A stretch of DNA of 64,000 nt from a virus: the IMG/VR virus record IMGVR_UViG_3300044825_001003, positions 38,749-102,748 of that record; one strand, 5' to 3'. The translations under genes were made by a program, and so were the position numbers. The notes under the pieces were generated by a model. It did not search any database. It saw only the letters and a list, made by a program, of their open reading frames with translations, and had not been told where the DNA came from. Positions 28,509-38,300 of this stretch are shown here, piece after piece; position 1 is the first letter of the stretch, and the number at the start of each line of letters is the position of its first letter.

Positions 28509-30530
28509 ATGGCACAACAAGATCAACTAGGTCCATTCTCTGAGTACCTCACCAAACCAGCCGCTGCTGCCATGGCACCCATGCCTGTTCCGCAAGTGAC
28601 AGGACTAGAAAACACCGGAGCTGCGATTGGCAATATCGCCATGAATTTCATTAACGGCCTTCGCCAAGGACGTATGCAGAAGTATGCGATGCAAGAGGCC
28701 GAGAGAGAAAAGCAATTTAACGCATACCAACATGCTATTAAAACGGTAGCAGCCAGCGATTTACCGGATCAGCAAAAGCAGATGCTACATGCAAAGTTAT
28801 CCCTGCCTCTAATTCAGAGTATTGCAGGAGACAAGAACGCAACTTCAAAGCAGACCGGGAATCCGCTTACCGACGTTGTGAAGAACGTAGCAACTGGAAT
28901 AATCGGCGGAAATGTTCCCAAAAAAGGCCAGCCTCTTTCCATGGAGCCAGTAGTCGAGGCTCTTCAAATGGCCAGCGACCCGTCTTTTTCGAGAACTAGG
29001 CTTGCGTCTGGGTACGAGGCAAAAATTCGGGCAAGGGGATCGCAGATACAAAAAGAGAACCCCTACGCCGATGCAAACACCTTCATGAATGACCCTGAAA
29101 TACAGGCCACTATCAAGCAAGCCGAGGAACAAATTGGACCTTATGATTCTCCATACTTAAAATCGATTCGAGGAGAATTAAAAACGCCTAGCTACATGGA
29201 GCGAGCACAGCTTAAAGTACTTCAAGAGGCTGGAGTCTTACCGGGGGTACAGCAGGGAGCGCCAGAAGCAAGCCCCGCTGTCTCTATTGCTCCTTCTCCC
29301 GGCACTACTCCGACCGCAGGAACAACAGCAGCCCCGCCAGCAGAAAGAATAGGCCCAGTACAGTTAAACCCGGAAGCTTTGAATAGAGCGAGAGCTGCCA
29401 GTACTGTCCCTGGCTTTCAGGGAACATATAGACTTAGCCCGAATACCTCAGAGTACGAGTATAACGGAAAGAGAGTCGTCGTTAAGCCGTTCCAGGGGAT
29501 GCTGGACGGTAAGAGCGTTTCGGGGATGCTGGATGAATCAACCAATACTCTTTACCCTACTGGAGCGCTAACAAAACAGCTTCGCCCTGGGCAATACGCA
29601 ACCGAAGAAGTTGAGCGAGCCTACAATTCTATCGCTCCGCAAATAAAAGAAGTATTAAAAGGAGTAGACCCAAGGGTTCAATCCGCAATGCTCATGGAGG
29701 CTGAGGCATATAAGAACAGCGGAGATATGGAAGGAATAAAAAGACTTCCATCTAAAGCCTCTGATAGAGTCATTAAGCTAGTTGACGCCGAGAGAGAGGC
29801 GATCGAGAGAGAAAAACAAATAAATGCTGGCAATGCCAAGATGATTGCAACCTTAAACGATAGGGAAAAAAGAGCCAACAACACAGCTTTGACATCGGCA
29901 GTGAGTTATTATTTGGCCAGCCCGAGAAAGAAGGCTCTCGACGAAATGAGTATGCAATACAGCTCATTTATCGGGGAAACTCCAAATCTTGATATACAAG
30001 GATATCTCGCCAACCCCAAGGGATACAGAAAGAAGGATGGCACTCCGATCACCCAAGCAGACTTAACATTGATAGATAAGTCACTGGCTCGACTGATTGC
30101 AAAAATGACCGACGACCGAAGCGCTGTAAAGCAAGAAGAAGAACGCGGGTATAACGACCTAGTTGGAGTTCTCCAGAAGGCTGGCATCAATATACAGAGC
30201 GTTATTGGTGGAGGTAGTAATCTTGGAAATGACGAGACAAGAAGAGCTTTGTTTGGTGTTATATCCAGCATTCGTAGATCGCTAGATGAAAAAGCTAAGC
30301 AAACCAAAGAAGAAAGAAAGGCATCCATATCCCATCTCGGAATAGATCCAGAAACCGTAAACAGGTCTTTCGGGGACTATATCACCATAGGCGGAGTGGG
30401 CACTGAAGCTGCCCCAAGCATACCGGCCAGAAGGCTAAAGACAGGTGGGACGAACGCGCCTCCCTCTAGTGGGAAGCCATCGGGACTGGAAGCATTTAAG
30501 CATTTGAACCCCGAAGTAAAGGTGCAATAA
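28509..30530 (+). CDS. Ejection (internal virion) protein 2
   Basis: Helical low-complexity protein in ejectosome position. Confidence 0.55.
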   Translation: MAQQDQLGPFSEYLTKPAAAAMAPMPVPQVTGLENTGAAIGNIAMNFINGLRQGRMQKYAMQEAEREKQFNAYQHAIKTVAASDLPDQQKQMLHAKLSLPLIQSIAGDKNATSKQTGNPLTDVVKNVATGIIGGNVPKKGQPLSMEPVVEALQMASDPSFSRTRLASGYEAKIRARGSQIQKENPYADANTFMNDPEIQATIKQAEEQIGPYDSPYLKSIRGELKTPSYMERAQLKVLQEAGVLPGVQQGAPEASPAVSIAPSPGTTPTAGTTAAPPAERIGPVQLNPEALNRARAASTVPGFQGTYRLSPNTSEYEYNGKRVVVKPFQGMLDGKSVSGMLDESTNTLYPTGALTKQLRPGQYATEEVERAYNSIAPQIKEVLKGVDPRVQSAMLMEAEAYKNSGDMEGIKRLPSKASDRVIKLVDAEREAIEREKQINAGNAKMIATLNDREKRANNTALTSAVSYYLASPRKKALDEMSMQYSSFIGETPNLDIQGYLANPKGYRKKDGTPITQADLTLIDKSLARLIAKMTDDRSAVKQEEERGYNDLVGVLQKAGINIQSVIGGGSNLGNDETRRALFGVISSIRRSLDEKAKQTKEERKASISHLGIDPETVNRSFGDYITIGGVGTEAAPSIPARRLKTGGTNAPPSSGKPSGLEAFKHLNPEVKVQ

Positions 30531-32380
30531 TGGCGGATCAAGGCAAAAAGGTGTTAATGATTCTGCCTGATGGGAGTGAGGCGTACTTCCCAGAGGCTAA
30601 CGTAAAAGCGGCTCAAGACCTTGGGGCTAAATTATCTAGCACTACCCCGCCACCAACAAAAGGCGTTACGGAATTAGCTACAGCCGCATCTCAGCAAGCT
30701 AGAGGCGCGGCAGAAACCTCTGGGAGTGCGGCAAGAGCAGTAGCTGGCGTGCTAGGAGATTTTACCGCCGGAATTGGCACATCGCTTACCGCTATCCCTG
30801 GACAAGTAATGCGCTTGGCCGGTGGAGATCCGTCAAAGGTAGAACTTCCTTTCCCTCAAATTACTCCTACCGGAGAAAGAATACCAGCTACCTTAGAGTC
30901 AATTGGTAAACCTCCAGAAACCATGGCGGGAAAAACTGGAGAGGTGGTCGGCGAGGCTATGCAACTCGCCACTGGAGGGGCAGCAGTAAAAGGTGCCGCT
31001 AAATACGGTGCTAAAGCGCTAACTAAAGCCCCTCAGGTAGTTAATCTGGCCGCAAAAGCAGCTCCGCGTACCGCCAAGATGGCTAAAATTATAGAAGACG
31101 CTGCTGCCTCTTCGCCAAAAATAGCAGCAGCGGTAGAGTGGGCAGCGAAGACCGGCACTCAGGCAGCGCAAGACATAGTAACTTCTGCGGCTATGGAATA
31201 TTCTAAAACTGGCAATGCAGAAGAGGCCCTTGCTAACGCAGAAAAAGGAGCTGGTATAGTCGCTGGCCTATCGACTCTAGGTAAGGCTGTAGCGCCAACT
31301 GGGAAATGGTTAGTGGGTAAAGCTATGACTCGCATTACCGATTTTCCGGACTACCACATGTCGCTAATTGACCGCCTATACGAGACAGGAAGTAAGTTTA
31401 CTAAAGCAGGAAAGCAAGCAATAGAAGCTCGTGCAAAAGGCGTAGTCAAGGCCATGAAAGATGCCTCAGATAAAGCTGACTACTGGCTTAGGCAAGCAAA
31501 TGCTCAAATAGCGTCTGGAACCGTTCAAGATCCTTCTGGCATAATCCCCAAAGATGGAAGGATGGTTCCGTTTGCGCAGATCTTAAATAAAGAAATTGGA
31601 GACCTGCTAACAAAAGCGGGTGGGTCTACGACTAAAGTAGGTAGTAAAATCGCTGAGGCGTTAAACGACATCAAGAAACAGCTTCCACAGGATCAAAACG
31701 GCAATTTTATAAATCTTACATTCAAAGAGGCAGAGGAGAAGAAAGAAACTCTACAAGCGGCTTTGACGGAGTTTTATCACACTCTTGACAAAAATACAAT
31801 CGACGACCAGACTTTATTGAGGGTTAGAAAAGCAGTAGCCGACTCAATCAGAGAAGGTCAAAGGGCTGGCTTTGACATCCTTAAAAGCGCAATGGATAAA
31901 GTAAAACTGCCTAATATCAAAGATATGAAGCCATATCAAATCTGGCTTCCTGGCGCAAAAAGACCTGTCGATTACAAGGAAGCTGGCCGAACGGCGATGA
32001 AAGATTATGATTTGCTTGAGCTTGCCAGAATGTACGAACTAGAGAATCTTCCACAGAGAAAAGGCTCCGCAGGTACATACGCAACCGCTTCTATCTCCGC
32101 TTCCCAGCTTGCCAATCAAAGCTATCTTACTCCATCACAGATGTCTTGGATTGCCAGGAAAGTCTTCTCGCCAGCCACGCTGACAACAATGCCTGAAGTA
32201 ATGGCTAGAGCACAGAGAGCAGGTCGGGCTATAGGCCCTACTGTTGGTACGCAAATCACAACTAGAGCCGTTGGGGAGAGGACCGCTAAACCACCAAGTA
32301 TGACCGAATGGATCCAGCAGCAAGCCGCACCTGCTTCGCAAAATTCTTCGATTAACTACGACAGCCCCCTTAATCAGTAA
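30530..32380 (+). CDS. Ejection (internal virion) protein 3
   Basis: Ala/Gly-rich helical protein; TAATG coupling. Confidence 0.55.
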   Translation: MADQGKKVLMILPDGSEAYFPEANVKAAQDLGAKLSSTTPPPTKGVTELATAASQQARGAAETSGSAARAVAGVLGDFTAGIGTSLTAIPGQVMRLAGGDPSKVELPFPQITPTGERIPATLESIGKPPETMAGKTGEVVGEAMQLATGGAAVKGAAKYGAKALTKAPQVVNLAAKAAPRTAKMAKIIEDAAASSPKIAAAVEWAAKTGTQAAQDIVTSAAMEYSKTGNAEEALANAEKGAGIVAGLSTLGKAVAPTGKWLVGKAMTRITDFPDYHMSLIDRLYETGSKFTKAGKQAIEARAKGVVKAMKDASDKADYWLRQANAQIASGTVQDPSGIIPKDGRMVPFAQILNKEIGDLLTKAGGSTTKVGSKIAEALNDIKKQLPQDQNGNFINLTFKEAEEKKETLQAALTEFYHTLDKNTIDDQTLLRVRKAVADSIREGQRAGFDILKSAMDKVKLPNIKDMKPYQIWLPGAKRPVDYKEAGRTAMKDYDLLELARMYELENLPQRKGSAGTYATASISASQLANQSYLTPSQMSWIARKVFSPATLTTMPEVMARAQRAGRAIGPTVGTQITTRAVGERTAKPPSMTEWIQQQAAPASQNSSINYDSPLNQ

Positions 32381-32395
32381 AGGTAAACTATAAAC

Positions 32396-35300
32396 ATGGC
32401 TGAACAGCAACTGCCTGATATTAACGACTATATTAACGAACTTCCGGTAGACGCGGCAAAACAGGACAAACTTTACTATGCGTTTTATTCTGACAACCCT
32501 CGGAAGGCGCTTGAATCTATCCAGGATGTACCAAAAGAAATAAGGCAGGCATTGTTTTCTATTCGAGGAAAAATCCACAAGGGAGAACAGTACGACCTTA
32601 ACGACATTGTAAAATCTGCTGGCATATCAAAACCAGTAGTAGTTTCTGCGCCTAAGCCCAAGGCACCGCCAGTTGCCGGCACCCCTTCCCTTACTATTGA
32701 GCAGAACAACAATCCTTTTGCTTTGAGACCAACTTCGGGTGAGTCTTTTATTGGCGAAGAGAAGGGCGGGAACCGTGGGTTTGCAGTGTTTGATACGCCC
32801 TCTAGCAGCGCCAGGGCAGCTACTATTACGCTGCAAAATTACCAATCAAAGTATGGCCTGGATACGCTAAGGAAGATCTTCAATCGGTACGCTCCAAAGT
32901 CTGATAATAATCAGCCTGATAAGTATGCTACTAGGGTAGCCAAAGATCTTGGCGTTGACCCAGATGATCCAATTGACACCAAAGACCCTGACCTGATGAA
33001 GCAGTTGCTTAGGTCGATTGCAAAGGTAGAACTAGGGAGCGAAGAAAAAGCTGATAGTTACTTCCAAGACATTGAAGATGGGGTCGGTAGAGCGTTTGAG
33101 AGACTTGCTCAACAAAAACCGGCACCCTCGGCCAGAAAGGAAGCTACAACTTCAAGGGTCTCAAAGCCCGGGCCTTACATAACCAAGCTTAGTCCAAGTG
33201 AAGAACAGGAATTCATTCAATGGGCAGAAAAGAATAATGTACCGTTTGACTTAAGTGCGGATGCAGATTACGACATGCCTGGGTTCTGGAAAGCGCTTAA
33301 AGCCAAAGACCCACGGGCAACGACCGAGCAAAAACCAGATGGACTACATTTTCCTGATATATGGAAAACTCCAGCGCATGAAACTTTTTCTAGTGAAAGT
33401 ATTTACGCTGGGCCAGATGCTCCGAAGTGGAAGGGCTCAAAGCTGTACGATTCTACTGGCAAGCTAATCAAAGATGAAAGCGAATTAGCAAAGCCCGATA
33501 AAGAAGCCGAGAAGAAAACCGCGCCACCCCCAACTGCTAAACCGGTAGTAGAAAAGAAAGAATCAATCATTCCAGGGACCGAACTAACCGGCCTACCTGG
33601 AGTTCCGCTGCCTTCTCTTCCAGGAGAACGCGAGACTCGCAGAAGGATAAAAGAAGAAGGGTTTTTCTTTAAGTCAAAGCCTAAGCCGACAGAAGCGCCA
33701 AGGGCTGAGAGAAAAACAACTGTCGAGCCGACTAAAAACAAGCCTGTTGAAGTTCAAAAGAAAGACACCACAAAAACAGAGGCTATCGGCATTCCTCAGA
33801 TTTCTACCGCTAAGCCACCAGTAGAAGAAGTCTACGCTCCGTCCCTTGCTAAAGATCTATTCAACGCCACCGTCAGAGGAATAGTTCCTGGTTTCTTTAA
33901 TATCCCAAGAATACTAAGTCGCGTTCCTGGCGGATTCAGAGAAGATATTGAAGCTCTCCGCACAGTTCCTTCAGACATTCAGCGCAACGAAGGCTTTATC
34001 GGGCAAGAAGCAAGGGCAAAAGAAGATGCACTTAACCGCAAAAAGACAGCTCAGCTAATCGCCAGAGCGGAAGAAAAAGTTCTACCTGAAGCTCCTGTAT
34101 CTGGGGTAGCTAAGTTCACTGAGTCTACAGCTTCCACCGCGCCTTATATCGTTGCTGGCGCGGTCGGTGGGCCATATGCAACCAGAGCTATGGGCGCAGC
34201 CGCTGGCGCAGAGGAGGCACTTACAAGGGCAGACATAAGCGGCAAGCCACTCACTGAAGGCCAGAGAGTAGCCATAGGGACAGCGGGCGCTGGTATCGGA
34301 TTAACTGAAGCTATCCCTATTGATAGGGTTATCGGTAGGCTGATTGGTGCTGGTGTAGTTAACAAGGCCCTGACTGATGCTGATATTGTAAAGCTATTAT
34401 TCCCGAAATTAGGAGACCGCCTAAAGAGCGCTGGTGTTCAATTTGGCGCAGAAGCCCTGCAAGAAGGGTTCTCCGGATTAGCTCAAAATGCACTTGAATC
34501 CATGTATGGCGGCAGGCCGGTTGAAGAGATTTGGACCGACGTAGGAAATCAATTTGCTATGGGTGGCGGCGCTGGCCTAGTTATTGATATATTAAGCCAG
34601 TTGGCCGGAACCCGCATTGGCCGAAATCGCTTAAAGAGAATGGGGATTGACCCACAAGCATACAAAGAGTGGGTCGAGTCCGGCGAGGCAGATAAAGCCA
34701 AAGCGGAAGCAGAGGAAATTGCAAGGAAGGCCATGGCTCCAGAAGAGGCACCAGCCGCTCAGCCCGAGCCTCCTCCGGCAGTCGAGACGCCAGCTCCAGC
34801 CGTACCCACTGCACCGCCAGCGACAGCAGAGCAGCCTGCCCCCGTAACAGCAGAAACAGAAATTGAGCCAGTAGAAGCACCGCCAGTAATTGCCGAGCCT
34901 CCAACTACCGCTACCGCTACTCCTCCAGTAGTCACTGCTACCGCCGAGCCTCCAGCAGTAGAAGCAAAGCCAACTGAAGGCGTGACGACGGCAGAGGTCA
35001 AAGACCTAGAAGTTACTGATCCATTTAGCGGAAGTTCAACTACGGTTCAAGTTCCGTCTTCCGTCGCAGCTAAATATGAGACACTGACAGATCTCCAAAA
35101 AGAGGCTGCTGCTGGCAACTTCCTAGCCCTAGCATCAACCCCACTAGAAGATATCAGTAGCGAGATAAGGTCTATCAAGAACGACCTTAAGGAGTTAGAT
35201 AAAAACCCAGCGGCAGCGGCTGGACTAGACCCATACTTCCCCAGTCCAGAGGATTTCAAATCATTCACCAATGAAATTATCATTCCGTACTTGGAACATC

Positions 35301-38300
35301 TTAAGGCTTCATCTCCTTCCACCGGACTAACTACTGAGCCCGCACCTACGGAACCAACTGCGACAGCCCCTCCTCCGGTTGCGACACCTACGACGCCAGA
35401 GCCACCAACCGCTCCAGTTCCAGCGGCCCAACCCGCTCCCGCAACCACAGCCGCACAGGTCGCTCATCCCAAGCTCAACGACCAAGGCCAGCCAGTAATT
35501 ATCAATAGCCCATCCGAACCGACACCGGACACTACATGGACAGATCCAGCCACTACTGCCGTATTCGTTCCAGAGGGCAATACCCCAACTAAGATCGGCA
35601 ACACGGAACTTAAGCCATGGACCCCGCCTCAAGATGGCTGGTCTAGTATCAGTGGTGTAAATGAAAAACTAGATAACCGTAAGCCGTTTACTTCAACCCC
35701 AGGCAAGCAAGCTGCTTCTGGCGTGATTATTGTAGAAGACGATGGAAGAGTTTGGCTGATTTCACCGACGAATCAATTTGGCGGATACGACAACACTCTA
35801 CCAAAAGGCAAGCTCGATCCAAGCCTCAGTATGCAAGAAAACGCAATTAAAGAGGCGTGGGAAGAGACTGGTCTTAAGGTAGATATTATCGGCATAGTTG
35901 GTGACTACGAAAAGAGCACCTCTAAGGTCAGATACTATCTCGCCAAGAGGGTTGGCGGGACTCCCAAGAATATGGGATGGGAGGCACAAGCGGTAAAACT
36001 TGCCACCCTGGACGATGCAAAGAACCTCTTAAATCAACAAGTTGACAAGGATATCATCAGCGACCTTGAGAAGATGGTATCTTCCGGCAAGCTTGCAGAG
36101 ATCAAGGACGGAACCCCCAGAAAGCTATCGACTTACGGGCGAGAGGTTTCAACTAAGATCGGCGGGAGTAATCCTGGAGGATGGTATCAGGACGGCGGGA
36201 CCAAGTGGCTTGTTAAAGGAAACAAGCAGAAGGTAATCGGATCAGTAACTCCAGAGCAGAGCGATGCTAGGGCTGCTAATGAAGTACTGGCATCTAAGCT
36301 TATTCGTGCCGTAATGAAGATCTCAGCTCCAGAAATGAAGCTCGTTGATCTCGAAGGAAAGTACGGCGGTGGTCTTGGCGTAGCCAGTAAGAAAGTCCCG
36401 TCATTTGAATCATTTAATCCTGATAATCCAGGTCACGTAAACGCTGCGGCTAAGACGTTCGCTATCAACGCTTGGCTTGCGAATTACGATGTTCTCGGAA
36501 TGGGGTACGACAACACCGTAATCACGCCAAATGGAAATGCGATTAACATCGACCCAGGTGGCGCTCTTTTATTCAGGGCTCAGGGCTTACCAAAAGGTGC
36601 CTCCCATGGCGTAGTCAATGGCTTACTAGACCCATCGGCCCCTGAGTTTGAGTCAATGCAGAAGACAACGCCAGAGCAAAAGGCTGTCTTTGGCAAAATG
36701 ACACCGGAGCAGTTAAAGGATAGCGCCAAGCCACTGGCCACGATCAGCGACGAGACAATCAAGAAGCTGGTGAATACATACGGATGGGGAAGCGATGCGG
36801 ATAAAGCCGCTCTTGCCGATAATCTAATTCAGCGCAAGAACGCTATTTTACAAAAAGCTGGAGTTACTACCACTTCTTCAGTTGCTCCGGTCGCTCAACC
36901 ATCGCCCCAAGTAACGCCTCAGCCGCCATCGCCAGCAGTTGCTACCCAAACCCAGCAACCGCCTGTAGCTGCAACCGCCAAGCTGCAATTAGGAGATCCT
37001 ACATTTGGGATGAAACTAGATGCTTCACCAGCGACTGTAGCGGAGTATGAGTCGCTTAGTGATTCCGATAAAGACAATGCGTATAACTTAATCAGCGGGT
37101 ATATTGGATACTTTGAAGATCCAGCATACATCCTTAATCAATACCCAAATATCCTGTCTTTCGTCCAAGCAAGCATCAATACTACATCAAATGCTCAAGT
37201 CCCTTATTCCAAGGCAGTAAAACTATACCTAGAGGACGTCGCTAATCAACTAGCTGGCAAGACTGATTCAGAACAGATAGAGATAGTAAAGCAAATAGTC
37301 GATCAGTCTTCCGGCTGGACGCAAGAGCCGCCGCAGACATCGCCGACAGCACCTAGTTGGTCAACCCCATCGCTACCCTCGTCAGCAGCGCTAGCGGGTG
37401 CTTATCAGCCTTGGAAAGACGATGCTCCTCAGGATGTTCTCGATAAATGGAATTCGGCAACGCCAGATCAGCAAGCAGAGGCTTCTATTGGAATACATAA
37501 CATCGTAAAGCCTGTAGCCGAAATCATAGCTTCAGGTGGAAGCCCAGAAGAAGTACTTCAATTTACTATTGATTCTTACGAGAACGACCCATGGAGTCAG
37601 CAAGGCGTTAAAGATATTATCGTTCCCTATCTGAAGCATTTGAAATCAGAAGTTGTAGGAAAGTCTTCAAACGAGGCTCTGGATTACATTAACAAAGTTG
37701 GAGAAGATTGGGGTCTTGCAAATAATTGGATCGAATCCGTACCTGGATATCAGAGTTACGTTGCCTCCCAGTCTGGTCAGACTGCGCCGCCGCCATCTCC
37801 AGCGGTCGCCACTCAAGCACCGCCTTCCCTGACACAGCAAGCCGCACCAGCGGCAGTACAACCACCTCAATTGGCTGCCGCACAGCCTGCTCAGCAAGTT
37901 CCTCAGGTAAAGATTAAATACAAAGGCGGATCAATAGACGCCCCTCAGAATGTTGCGGCTAAATTCAGTATGCTTAACTCGTACTGGAAGAAGAAGGTTG
38001 CCCAATATGTAAGTGACGCAGCGACAGCTCTTGGCGGTTTTGCCAGCCAGAACTCAAGCCCAACCGAGGTCATTAATTATCTGGATAACATGATTTCTAT
38101 TTTCCAGTCAGCGGCATCGAGCCCAACGTCAGTAGTCGCTCAAACTGCAAATAGTTCAGTGCTTGTCCCTCTGTTTGAAGATATAAAGAGTAAGTTTTCG
38201 GCCACAACTAGTTTGATTACTCCTGGTTCGCCCGCCGCTGCCGATGTGAGCTTGATATACCTGCCGTTTAAGGGATTACTGGATAATTTTGCAACTCCAG